Below the pieces are notes generated by a model. The model was not told the DNA's origin, did not search any database, and was given only the letters and a program-made list of their open reading frames with translations. Of a stretch of 64,000 nt of DNA, positions 10,220-20,600 are shown piece after piece. The position numbers and the translations under genes are program-made. Numbering within the stretch: the first letter of the stretch is position 1; every line of letters starts with the position of its first letter. The stretch is from Acidobacteriota bacterium (GTDB lineage Bacteria; Acidobacteriota; Blastocatellia; Pyrinomonadales; Pyrinomonadaceae), in contig JADLDC010000267.1 of the NCBI GenBank assembly GCA_020846885.1, positions 5,308 through 69,307 on the forward strand, in the 5' to 3' direction.

Positions 10220-13141
10220 TCATTCTTTCTCCATCATCTTCTCGTTTCGATCTCTCACCGTTGCCAGATAGGTTGTTCGCGGCCGCGTGTTCAGCTCGGC
10301 AAGGAGGCCGTAATTTGTCGCCTCGCGTTTTAGCCGCGTAACGCGCGAGTCTGGATCGTTGATGTCGCCGAAGACTATTGCTTCGGTAGGACACGCCTGC
10401 TGGCAAGCAGTGACGATCTCACCATCGCGGAGTTCACGGCCTTCGACCTCGGCCTTGATCTTTGCGTTCTGGATGCGTTGGACACAGTACGTGCATTTTT
10501 CCATTACGCCGCGGCTTCTGACCGTTACCTGCGGATTTCGCTGAAGCTGTACGAGCGGCGTTTCATAATCGGCAAAACCAAAGAAGTTGAATCGGCGTAC
10601 TTTGTACGGACAGTTGTTCGAACAATAGCGGGTACCGACGCAGCGGTTGTAGGTCATCTCGTTCAGGCCTTCGCTGCTATGGGTTGTCGCTTCGACGGGG
10701 CAAACCAGTTCGCACGGCGCATTTTCGCAGTGCTGGCACATCACCGGCTGAAGCAGGGTCGCACCATTCTCGTAATAGTGGTCGATCCGGATCCAATGCA
10801 TCTCTCGTGCCCGCATGACCTCCGTCTTGCCGACGACCGGGATATTGTTCTCCGCCTGGCAGGCCGCGACGCACGCGTTGCAGCCGATGCAACTCGCCGT
10901 ATCTACGGCCATTCCCCAGGCGTGGCCGTTGTATTCCCAGCCCGGATACAGTGATATCTGCTTTTCAGGATCGTCTGCATCGCGTTTTGCGAAATTCTGA
11001 TCCTGTTCGTATTCGGCAAGTGTTGCTATGCGAACAAGATCACGTCCTTCCATGTTCGTATGATTCTGCGTGCAGGCGAGTGAGAACCGCTCGGTCGTCT
11101 TTGCAACGTTTAAGCCCGCGGCCGACCACATCGCATTCGAGTTTCGCAAAGCGTAAGCGTTAAACCCCGTACCGTTCCCAAGCTGTCCCGCGCGGTCTCT
11201 GCCGTAACCGAGACTGACGGTAATCGAATTGTCCGCGTGGTCGGGCAAAATAAACGCAGGTGCGCGAAGCGTCACGCCATTGAGATTTAATTCGACAACA
11301 TCGGCGATGACCTGTCCGTGCGAACCGCCGGTGTTAGCTATGTCATTTTCAATTCCAAGGCGTTCGGCAGTGGCGGGGCTCATCAGCGCGGCGTTGTCCC
11401 ACGTCAGTTTCGTCAGTGGCTTTGGCATTTCCTGCAGCCAGCCGTTATTCGCAAACCGGCCGTCGTAAACGGACGGATCGGCGCGAAAGATGAGGACGAA
11501 TGATCGCTGGTCGCCGGTTGGCCGCGAACCTGTCAGTTCGAACGGCCCGGCGCTTGCGCTCACATTTTTTGGCGAAAACGCCGTGTCCCGAATATATCCG
11601 TCACGTAATGCCTGTTTCCAGGATGCTTCGAATGAGTTCGCCCGGTCAGCGATATTGTCTTCGGCCGATGATGAATTCGCGTTTGCCGATCCGACATTGG
11701 CTTCTGTTCGTGGAACCGGCCCGGCCGGCACGGTTTTCTGAACCGTTCCGATGCCGTGCGTCCGCCAAAACCGCCGAACAACATCGTAACCCGCCGCTTG
11801 CGGCGAGTCGGAAAACATCGCGAGAAGTTCGTGCGGCGATCTGCCGTTAAAAAGCGGCTCTATCAACGGCTGAATGATCGAAGCGGTGCCGTCGAAGCTT
11901 CGGGCGTCGCTCCACATCTCAAGTTCGTGGGTCGCCGGAAGATGCCACTCGCAATGCGCGGACGTTTCGGCGTTGTACAAACTCAAATGGGCCGCCCATC
12001 CTGCTTTCCGCAGGCTCTCCGCAAAATGAAGATCGGCCGGAGCGTTGTAAACGGGATTCCCGCCCAAGACAAGAAGTGTTTCGACGCGTCCGGCGTCCAG
12101 ATCATTCACTAATGCACTAAGGGATTCAGTTGAATCGACAGAATTCGCGGCGACGGTTTCTGTGTAGTAAACGGTTTGTCCTACATTGCCCAAAGCAGAA
12201 TTTACCGCATGGGCAATTGCATGAACCGCCGGCGGCTGGCTTCGGCCGGCAATGACAAGGGAGGAACCCCGATGAGCGGCAAGATCTTCGATTATCGCGC
12301 TTCGCCGGGCATCGGGCGATGACATGCTGATGAGCTCCTGCGCAAACGATCCGATCTCGGCGGGAAGCATTGCAATGCAATGGTCCGCCGCGGCGCCGGT
12401 TATAGTGGGCGTCGTCTGGAGCACATACAAGCGGCTGAGGCCTGTTTCACCCTGGCGGATCCGACGGCGTTGGATAAAGTCTCGCGCATAGCGGACGCTT
12501 CCGGGGCGGCCAAGAAGAAAATCCGCATCAAGCGAAACGATCACGTCCGCCTTGTCGAACCGATAAACGGTCTCGACGTCCGTGCCAAACGCGCTTATGG
12601 CACCCTTTCGTTCATTGCTGCGATCGATCGGTTCAAATTGATGCCATACGGCACCGGGGAATGTCTTTTGAAGTTCACCGATCTGAAACGCAAGTGTCGG
12701 CGATGTGATGGTTTCCGTCAGCAAATGCAATCCGGCACCGCCATTCTGACGTTGAGCGGCAATGATCTTTCGAATGTCCGACGAAAAGGTTTCCCATGTT
12801 GAGATCTGTCCATTTCGCAATACGTCCTTTGAACGGTCCGGATCGTACAAGGACAAGACGGACGCCTGGGCGAAAACGTCGGTCGCGCCAAGGCTTGACG
12901 GATGCAGCGGATTGCCCTCGATCTTTGTCGGACGGCCTAAATGACTCTCTACAAGGATACCGAGCGCGTAGCCGCCAAGCGTCGTTACGGTCGAGTAAAA
13001 CAGCGGCTCACCCGGAACAATATCGAGTGGTTCGCGTACGTAAGGCACAATTTCTTCGACCGGCGGGCTTACATTGCACGAGGTACCCGCCAACGCAAGC
13101 GATGCTCCCATCAAACGTAAAAATTCGCGACGATCGATCAT
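10220..13141 (-). CDS. actB: Alternative Complex III subunit ActB (molybdopterin-oxidoreductase-like domain fused to a 4Fe-4S ferredoxin domain, Tat-exported)
   Basis: Twin-arginine signal [19 protein letters not shown]. Large MopB-like N-terminal part. The C-terminal part has several Cys clusters ([44 protein letters not shown]). Confidence 0.9.
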   Translation of the reverse strand: MIDRREFLRLMGASLALAGTSCNVSPPVEEIVPYVREPLDIVPGEPLFYSTVTTLGGYALGILVESHLGRPTKIEGNPLHPSSLGATDVFAQASVLSLYDPDRSKDVLRNGQISTWETFSSDIRKIIAAQRQNGGAGLHLLTETITSPTLAFQIGELQKTFPGAVWHQFEPIDRSNERKGAISAFGTDVETVYRFDKADVIVSLDADFLLGRPGSVRYARDFIQRRRIRQGETGLSRLYVLQTTPTITGAAADHCIAMLPAEIGSFAQELISMSSPDARRSAIIEDLAAHRGSSLVIAGRSQPPAVHAIAHAVNSALGNVGQTVYYTETVAANSVDSTESLSALVNDLDAGRVETLLVLGGNPVYNAPADLHFAESLRKAGWAAHLSLYNAETSAHCEWHLPATHELEMWSDARSFDGTASIIQPLIEPLFNGRSPHELLAMFSDSPQAAGYDVVRRFWRTHGIGTVQKTVPAGPVPRTEANVGSANANSSSAEDNIADRANSFEASWKQALRDGYIRDTAFSPKNVSASAGPFELTGSRPTGDQRSFVLIFRADPSVYDGRFANNGWLQEMPKPLTKLTWDNAALMSPATAERLGIENDIANTGGSHGQVIADVVELNLNGVTLRAPAFILPDHADNSITVSLGYGRDRAGQLGNGTGFNAYALRNSNAMWSAAGLNVAKTTERFSLACTQNHTNMEGRDLVRIATLAEYEQDQNFAKRDADDPEKQISLYPGWEYNGHAWGMAVDTASCIGCNACVAACQAENNIPVVGKTEVMRAREMHWIRIDHYYENGATLLQPVMCQHCENAPCELVCPVEATTHSSEGLNEMTYNRCVGTRYCSNNCPYKVRRFNFFGFADYETPLVQLQRNPQVTVRSRGVMEKCTYCVQRIQNAKIKAEVEGRELRDGEIVTACQQACPTEAIVFGDINDPDSRVTRLKREATNYGLLAELNTRPRTTYLATVRDRNEKMMEKE

Positions 13142-13196
13142 TTTTCTACTTCCGACATTAGGCAGCCGGGCCAGTTGCTATCGCTGCCCCTTTGAC

Positions 13197-13937
13197 CTAT
13201 CTGTGGCAGGTCGAACAATTTGTCAATGTCTGCACGTCCTTTACGTGATACTGCTTCGCAAGCCTCGCTCCCTCCTCCGCCTGATCGGGCGGCGGCTCCC
13301 AGTTCATATTGAAAACCTCTTCGCGCGGACGAATGAACTCTTCCGGCTGGCGGTGGCAGGACAAGCACCATTCCATCGTCAGCGGAGCGAACTGATACGT
13401 CAGCTGCATTTTGTCCACCCGGCCATGGCACGTTGAACAGCCGACGCCTTTTGCAACGTGGATCGAGTGATCGAAGAAAACAAAATCCGGAAGGTTGTGC
13501 ACACGCTTCCAGCGAAGCGGCTGCCCCGAACGGAAACTTTCGCGGACCGGTTCGAGCATTTCGCTTGTCGTCCAAAGCTGTGAATGACAATTCATACACG
13601 TCTCGGTCGGCGGTATCCCGGCGAAGGCGGACCTTTCGGCTGTCGTGTGGCAATACCTGCAATCGATGCCGTCGTCCGACACGTGATGCTTGTGCGAAAA
13701 AGGGACCGGCTGCGGCTCAACGATCCCGGCCCGAGTGACGAATGGAGACTTGAATACTTCAAACGCAACGACCCCGCCGATCGCTGTCGCCGCAACCGCC
13801 AGCAATATCACAAGACGAACTACTGTGTTCGCCGATGGTGTGAAATATCTGTGTTCGTGGCCGTTAGGCGGCATGCTGATGAATAGTTTCGCCTTTCGCC
13901 GTGCAGAGATATGTACATCCGGGTACAAAAGATACAT
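13197..13937 (-). CDS. actA: Alternative Complex III pentaheme cytochrome c subunit ActA
   Basis: Five CxxCH motifs (CRYCH, CMNCH, CSTCH, CLSCH, CSTCH) after an N-terminal TM anchor. First gene of the act cluster. The start may be the internal Met at 13874. Confidence 0.88.
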   Translation of the reverse strand: MYLLYPDVHISARRKAKLFISMPPNGHEHRYFTPSANTVVRLVILLAVAATAIGGVVAFEVFKSPFVTRAGIVEPQPVPFSHKHHVSDDGIDCRYCHTTAERSAFAGIPPTETCMNCHSQLWTTSEMLEPVRESFRSGQPLRWKRVHNLPDFVFFDHSIHVAKGVGCSTCHGRVDKMQLTYQFAPLTMEWCLSCHRQPEEFIRPREEVFNMNWEPPPDQAEEGARLAKQYHVKDVQTLTNCSTCHR

Positions 13938-14060
13938 ATCAGTTCATTCACGATAGAAAGCGAAGGACAATTGCAGTCGGAAGAGACACTGGCTCGGTGT
14001 GAGCGATCGGGACCGTGCGCGAATTGGGCGCACGAGAAAGCTCTAAGTGAGGATGAAACT

Positions 14061-15812
14061 ATGGCCGAAACAGCGGCGGATATCTTGATCGAAACGATCA
14101 TAAAATGGGGCGTAGATACTGTCTTTGGAATACCTGGCGATGGGATAAACGGAATAATGGAGGCGTTGCGGGTCCGCCAGGACCGCATACGGTTCTTCCA
14201 GGTCAGACATGAAGAAGCCGCCGCGTTCATGGCATGCGCCTACGGCAAATATACGGGCAGGCTTGGCTGCTGCCTTGCTACCTCGGGGCCGGGCGGGATT
14301 CATCTTTTGAACGGATTGTACGACGCAAAAATGGACCAGTCGCCGGTCTTGGCGATAACCGGCCAGACGTTTTCGGACCTGAAAGGCAGCTTGTTTCAGC
14401 AGGAAGTCAATATGGTCCGCCTGTTCGACGACGTTTCGGTCTATAACGAAGAGGTCATTAATCCAAACCAGGTAGAGATGCTGGCAAACGAAGCATGCCG
14501 CCGTGCGCTCAATAACCGCGGCGTCGCGCACATTACCTTCCCGGTCGATTATCAGGAGGTTGAGCCATCAGGTGAAACGTCGATGCACAAGGTCGAAGGT
14601 TCGCCGGACGGCGCATGGAGGCTGCCGGTAAATACGCCGCCTGACGTGGACCTGCGGGATGCCGCCGCAATATTGAACGCGGCGGAGAAACCCGTGATCC
14701 TTGTCGGCCAAGGAGCAAAATTAGCCGGTGAAGAGGTGATAGAGATCGCCGACCGCATGGGTGCCCCTATCGTCAAAGCCTTGCTCGGCAAGGAAGTCGT
14801 TCCAGACGATCATCCGCTGACGACCGGCGGGCTCGGCCTGCTCGGCACCACACCGTCTCAAGAGGCGATGGAGAAGGCCGACACTATCCTGATCATTGGT
14901 TCGTCATTTCCGTATATGGAATATCTCCCTGACCACGAGAACGCTCGCGGCGTTCAGATCGACGATAAGGCCGATCGCATCGGCCTGCGCTTTCCGGTGG
15001 ATGTAGGATTGGTCGGCGACGCGAAACCGACATTGGCGGCATTGCTGCCTTACATCGAAAAGAAAGAAGACCGGTCGTTCCTTGAAACGGCGCAGGACGG
15101 AATGAAGGACTGGTGGGAGCTGATGGAAGAACGGGCAATGAATGACGCCGTGCCGATCAAACCGCAGCGTGTTGCCTGGGAGCTTTCAAAGCTGGCCCCG
15201 GACAACGCCATAATCTCCGGCGATTCGGGGACAAATACTTCGTGGATAGCCCGCCATTTTGTAATGCGCGGCACACAGAAGTTCAGCTGCTCAGGCACGC
15301 TGGCGACAATGGCACCGGGCCTGCCGTACTCAATTGCCGCCCAGATCGCATTCCCGGACAGAAAGTCGATCGCCTTTGTCGGCGACGGTGCTTTCACAAT
15401 GCTGATGGGCGAGTTTGCCACGGCGGTCAAATACAATTTGCCGATCACCGTCGTGATCATAAAGAACAATACGCTCGGACAGATCAAATGGGAACAGATC
15501 GTTTTCCTCGGTAATCCCGAATACGGCTGCGAGCTACAAGAGATCAATTTCGCAAAATATGCCGAAGCCTGCGGCGGGATGGGTTTGACGGTCGAGAAAC
15601 CCGAGGATATTGCGCCGGCGCTTGAAAAGGCATTGTCGTCCAATAGACCAAGCGTGGTCGAAGTGTATGTTGATCCGTTCGAACCGCCGATGCCGCCAAA
15701 GGTCACGGTCAAACAGGCCAAACACTTTGCAGAGGCCTTGATAAAAGGGCAGCCCAACGGCGGAAAGATCGCACTCACGATCTTTCGGAACAAGTTAAAC
15801 GAACTTATTTAA
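14061..15812 (+). CDS. poxB: thiamine-diphosphate/FAD pyruvate dehydrogenase (quinone), PoxB type
   Basis: Colinear resemblance to E. coli PoxB as I recall it. Matches include GIPGDGINGIMEAL, RHEEAAAFMA, SGPGGIHLLNGLYDA, the GDGAF TPP motif and a C-terminal lipid-activation-like tail PPKVTVKQAKHFAEALIKG. The track start 13911 would overlap actA, so ATG 14061 is preferred. Confidence 0.8.
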   Translation: MAETAADILIETIIKWGVDTVFGIPGDGINGIMEALRVRQDRIRFFQVRHEEAAAFMACAYGKYTGRLGCCLATSGPGGIHLLNGLYDAKMDQSPVLAITGQTFSDLKGSLFQQEVNMVRLFDDVSVYNEEVINPNQVEMLANEACRRALNNRGVAHITFPVDYQEVEPSGETSMHKVEGSPDGAWRLPVNTPPDVDLRDAAAILNAAEKPVILVGQGAKLAGEEVIEIADRMGAPIVKALLGKEVVPDDHPLTTGGLGLLGTTPSQEAMEKADTILIIGSSFPYMEYLPDHENARGVQIDDKADRIGLRFPVDVGLVGDAKPTLAALLPYIEKKEDRSFLETAQDGMKDWWELMEERAMNDAVPIKPQRVAWELSKLAPDNAIISGDSGTNTSWIARHFVMRGTQKFSCSGTLATMAPGLPYSIAAQIAFPDRKSIAFVGDGAFTMLMGEFATAVKYNLPITVVIIKNNTLGQIKWEQIVFLGNPEYGCELQEINFAKYAEACGGMGLTVEKPEDIAPALEKALSSNRPSVVEVYVDPFEPPMPPKVTVKQAKHFAEALIKGQPNGGKIALTIFRNKLNELI

Positions 15813-15816
15813 GACT

Positions 15817-16329
15817 ATGGAAACGAATGGAAAGATCAACGCGGGAGATATCGCCAAAGGAGCAGCAGCGGGGCTGATAGGCGGCCTGGTCGCATCGTTC
15901 GTTATGAACGAATTCCAGTCGCTCTGGTCCGCGCTTTCAGGCAGTAAGGATCAGGGGTCTGGTCAAACAAAGCAAGAACCGTCAACCGTCAAAGCGGCCG
16001 CCGCGATCTCAGAAGAGGTTTTCGACCATCAACTGTCGGAGAGCGAAAAGGCCATTGCAGGTCCGGCGATGCATTACGCCATGGGCGGGACGTCAGGGGC
16101 GATCTACGGAGCGCTTTCCGAACTGGCACCGGCCGCTCGTGCCGGCGCCGGCCTTCCGTTCGGTACGGCGGTTTGGCTCGTCGCTGACGACGTCGTCGTT
16201 CCGGCATTGGGCCTTTCAAAGCCGGCAACCGAGTATCCGCTTTCCACCCACGCGTATGCACTCGCTTCGCATCTGGTTTACGGGGCGACTACCGAGGCGG
16301 TCCGCGGTGTTGTTCGGGGCGTACTCTAA
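15817..16329 (+). CDS. DUF1440-like small membrane protein
   Basis: 170 aa with Gly/Ala-rich TM segments (GAAAGLIGGLVASFVMNEF ... HLVYGATTEA). The family assignment is tentative. Confidence 0.45.
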   Translation: METNGKINAGDIAKGAAAGLIGGLVASFVMNEFQSLWSALSGSKDQGSGQTKQEPSTVKAAAAISEEVFDHQLSESEKAIAGPAMHYAMGGTSGAIYGALSELAPAARAGAGLPFGTAVWLVADDVVVPALGLSKPATEYPLSTHAYALASHLVYGATTEAVRGVVRGVL

Positions 16330-16346
16330 GGGATCGGTGAATATAT

Positions 16347-17627
16347 ATGGCCAATGTACAAACAATGGCATTTCCACGGATGACTGCGCCTCCGCTTGCG
16401 CGCGTCCGGCAAAAGCTTTCCGATGAGCATATTGCGGATGTACGAAATGACGTATGCCGCAAACTTCTCGGGTCTGAATACCTTGACGGCCTTAGAACCG
16501 GCGCATCGATCGCGATCACCGCCGGAAGCCGCGGGATAGGAAGCTTTATCGATCTGCTCGGCGGCACCATCGACGCCGCTCGTGCAAAAGGATGTGAACC
16601 CTTTCTCTTCCCGGCAATGGGCAGTCATGGCGGTGCAACAGAAAAAGGGCAGGCAGAAGTGCTGCATCGGCTTGGGGTCGATGAGAATGAGCTTGGCGCC
16701 GAGATCCGGGCGACGATGAAAACGCACGCTCTCGGCACCGTAAATACCGGGGCGATAGCTCACCTTGACGACCTGGCGGCGGCGGCCGATGGCATTATCG
16801 TCCTCGGCCGCACAAAGACTCACCCTGAAAATCGGGAAGGCATCGCTTCAGGCCTGTTAAAGATGGTAACAGTTGGCCTAGGCAAGCAGGCGGGAGCTCA
16901 GGAGGCGCACACGCACGGCCTGTGGGACTCCGTCCGGGCGGTCCCTGAACTGACAATGACGAAAGCGAAGATACTTTGCGGCGTCGCCGTTGTCGAGAAC
17001 GCCTATCACCAGCCGGCCGTGATCGAAGTGGTCGCACCGCAATACGGCGCATTCAAGGATGCGGATGAAAGACTTCTTAAGATCGCGAAGCCTTTATTCG
17101 CCGATCTTCCGTTTCAACAGCTCGACCTGCTGATCGTTGACGAGCTTGGCAAAGATATCTCAGGGACAGGCATGGACCTGAATGTGATCGGGAATTGGCG
17201 GATGAACGGCGGGCCTCATGATCCTGACTTTCGCCGGATCGTCGTGCTGTCGCTCACGCATGGGAGCCTTGGCAACGGCCTCGGCATCGGCATGGCGGAT
17301 TTTACCACGCAAAGATTTGTTGACCAGTTCGACTGGAACACGACCTACGTAAATCTATTTACAGCGACCGAACCCGGAGCGATGAACTCGCGTGAAGGGC
17401 AGCTCCCGCTTGGCCTGCCGTCGGACCGTGAAGCGATAGAGGCGGCGCTCTTCTCATCCCTTGCGTCATCCGAAACGCCGAGAGTTTGCAGAATTAGGAA
17501 TACATCGCATCTCGGCGAGTTCTGGATCTCGCCCGCACTTATCGAAGAGTTGGAAAGCAGGGACAACTTTCAGATCGAAACTGAGGCGTCCACGCTCAAG
17601 TATGACAAAGACGGAAACCTATTTTGA
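16347..17627 (+). CDS. LarA-like (lactate racemase N-terminal domain / DUF2088) protein
   Basis: 426 aa. The layout and motifs (ITAGSRGIG, PAMGSHGG, GRTKTHP) resemble the DUF2088/LarA family. It lies directly upstream of an FAD/Fe-S 2-hydroxyacid-type dehydrogenase. Confidence 0.5.
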   Translation: MANVQTMAFPRMTAPPLARVRQKLSDEHIADVRNDVCRKLLGSEYLDGLRTGASIAITAGSRGIGSFIDLLGGTIDAARAKGCEPFLFPAMGSHGGATEKGQAEVLHRLGVDENELGAEIRATMKTHALGTVNTGAIAHLDDLAAAADGIIVLGRTKTHPENREGIASGLLKMVTVGLGKQAGAQEAHTHGLWDSVRAVPELTMTKAKILCGVAVVENAYHQPAVIEVVAPQYGAFKDADERLLKIAKPLFADLPFQQLDLLIVDELGKDISGTGMDLNVIGNWRMNGGPHDPDFRRIVVLSLTHGSLGNGLGIGMADFTTQRFVDQFDWNTTYVNLFTATEPGAMNSREGQLPLGLPSDREAIEAALFSSLASSETPRVCRIRNTSHLGEFWISPALIEELESRDNFQIETEASTLKYDKDGNLF

Positions 17628-17671
17628 GAGGACGGGAGGCTCGAATCGGTCCAACAGGAAGGACGGATAGA

Positions 17672-20600
17672 ATGGCAGACAACGAATTGGTTCAGATCGG
17701 GACCCGGACCCCGCCAACCCGCTTTGAGAACCGGCTGCAAACAGGGACGCCCGGTGCGATGAAGATCGACGTCAATGCTCTGACGACGAACTTGCGGAAC
17801 TCGATCAAAGGCGAAGTCAGATTTTCCGAGGCTGACCGCGGGATGTACGCGTCCGATGCCTCGAACTACCGGATGATCCCGCTGGGTGTGGTCCTGCCGA
17901 AAGATCCTATTGACGTAGAGGCCGCCGTTGCGGCGTGCAGGGCATCTGGTGCTCCGATCCATGCCCGCGGCGGCGGCACCGGCATTCCGGGCCAGACGGT
18001 GAACAGCGGGGTCGTGTTCGATTTTTCCAAGTATATGAACCGCGTCGTCGAACTCGATGCGGAACGGAAACGGGCCCGTGTGCAGCCTGGGACCGTACTC
18101 GACACACTGCGCGATGCCGCCGAGAAACACCACCTTACATTCGGCCCCGACCCGGCGACGCACAGTCGCTGCACGCTTGGCGGAATGATCGGCAATAACT
18201 CATGCGGAGTCCATTCAGTGATGGCCGGCGAGACGGCGGAAAACGTTGAGCAATTGAATATTCTGCTCTACGACGGCACGCGAATGACCGTCGGGGAAAC
18301 AAGCGATGAGGCATATCGGCGGATCATCAGTGCCGGCGGCAGGCAGGCAGAGATCTATGAAAGGCTGCGGGCGCTTCGGGACCGGTATGCTGACGGAATT
18401 AGACGCAGCTTCCCAAAGATCCGCCGACGCGTTTCAGGTTACAATCTGCCCGCTCTTTTGCCGGAGAATAATTTTAATGTGGCCCGTGCATTGGTAGGTT
18501 CAGAATCGACTTGCATCCTTGTTCTCGAAGCGACAGTAAAGCTTGTACCGAGCCCGCCGGTCCGTTCGCTGCTTGTGATCGGATATTCGGATATATTTCA
18601 TGCCGCAGACAACGTCCTTGTGCCTATGCCTTTCGGGCCCATTGCACTCGAGGCCCTTGACGATACATTCATCACTGATATGAAGAAAAAAGGCATGCAC
18701 CCGCAGCATCTCAACATGATGCCGGACGGAAAGGCATGGCTGCTGGTCGAGTTCGGCGGGGACACAAAACAGGAAGCGGATGCCAATGCCCAAAAACTCA
18801 TAGATCATCTGAAGCAAAACGGGCAGCATCCATACAAGTTATTCGACGACCCGGCCCAGGAAAAGCTTATCTGGTATCTCCGCGAAGAAGGCCTCGGGGC
18901 GACGGCAAAGATACCGGGCGAGCCTGATAATCACGAAGGATGGGAAGATTCATCCGTGCCGCCGGAAAATCTCGGCAAATATCTGCGGGATCTGCAGGCG
19001 CTTCTGGACAGATATGGCTACTACGGCGCTCTTTACGGACATTTTGGCGAGGGCTGTGTTCACACGCGTCTAAATTTCGATCTTGAAACCGCCGAAGGCA
19101 TTGGCCAATTCAGATCATTCCTCGAAGAAGCCTCTGACCTTGTGGTCGGGTATGGCGGATCGCTTTCGGGCGAACACGGGGACGGACAGGCCCGCGGCGA
19201 ACTCTTGCCGCGGATGTTCGATGACGAAATGCTTGAGGCCTTCCGCGAGTTCAAGTCCATCTGGGACCCGGATTGGAAAATGAACCCCGGAAAATTGATC
19301 GATCCGTATGGAGTGGATGAGAACCTTCGCCTCGGGACCGCATACAACCCGGAAAGGCCCGAGACGCATTTTAGTTTTCATACCGATAATTTCAATTTTG
19401 CCCAGGCTGCCGAACGCTGTGTGGGTGCGGGCGTGTGCCGTCGGCATGGCGGCGGCGTGATGTGCCCGAGCTATATGGTCACGTTCGAGGAGAAGCATTC
19501 GACACGCGGCCGGGCACGGCTGCTTGGCGAAATGACGCGCGGCGAAACGATCAGGGACGGTTGGAAGAGCGAGGAGGTAAAGGAAGCACTTGACCTTTGT
19601 CTGGCCTGCAAAGGATGCAAGGGCGAATGCCCCGTGCAGGTCGATATGGCGACGTATAAGTCCGAGTTCCTTTCGCATTACTACGAACACAAAATGCGGC
19701 CGCGGTCAGCATTCACAATGGGCCGCATTCACCGCTGGGCGCGATTGGCATCGATCGCTCCGTCCATAGCTAATTTTTTTGCCCAGGCGCCGGTATTCAA
19801 CCGGATAGCGCGCTTTGCGGCGGATGTGCATCCGAACCGGCAGATACCGAAGTTTGCTCCGGAATCGTTCAAAAAGTGGTTTGAGAAAAGGAACCGGACT
19901 GAAACCCGTCAGGGCTCGCGGCCGGCGGGCCCGAGATCGGTCATCCTTTGGGCAGATACGTTCAATAACTATTTTCATCCGCGCGTCGCCCAGGCCGCAA
20001 CCGAAGTATTGGAAGCCGCGGGTTTTGAAGTAATGGTGCCGAAACAGAACCTGTGCTGCGGCCGGCCGCTTTATGACTGGGGAATGCTGGATGACGCTAA
20101 GGCGCTGCTAAGCGAGATATTGAACACGCTCGCTTTGGAAATTGAAGCCGGCACTCCGATCGTTGTCCTTGAACCAAGCTGCGCATCAGTTTTTAAGGAA
20201 GAGCTGGTCAACTTATTCCCAAACGATGAAAATGCCAAGCGCCTTGCGGCTCAGGTATATCTTCTCAGCGGCTTCCTCGAACATCGGGCGGCGGATTTCA
20301 CTCCGCCGAAGTTGGCGAAGAAAGCCCTTGTACAAGGCCATTGTCACCAAAGCTCGATCTTCAAAATGGACGATATGGAAAGCGTCCTAAAAAAGATGGG
20401 CCTCGACTATCAGATGCCGGAAAGCGGCTGCTGCGGCATGGCGGGAGCGTTCGGTTTTGAACGTTCACATTACGACATATCTATGAAATGCGGCGAACGC
20501 GTTTTGTTACCGGCAGTCCGCTCGCTCGAACACGATGCGCTGATAATTGCGGACGGATTCAGCTGTCATGAACAGATAGTCCAATCGGCCGGGCGAGAGG

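Noticed and set aside
13911-14060. N-terminal 50-aa extension of the PoxB-like ORF from the track start
   Set aside because: It would overlap the divergent actA start. The PoxB-homologous sequence begins at MAETAADIL (ATG 14061), and the upstream translation is not protein-like.
17624-17671. Upstream start (17624) of the FAD/Fe-S oxidoreductase, overlapping the LarA-like gene
   Set aside because: The first 16 codons are Arg/Gly-rich with no RBS. ATG 17672 has a good AGGAAGGA Shine-Dalgarno sequence and begins MADNELVQIG. The 5' end remains uncertain.
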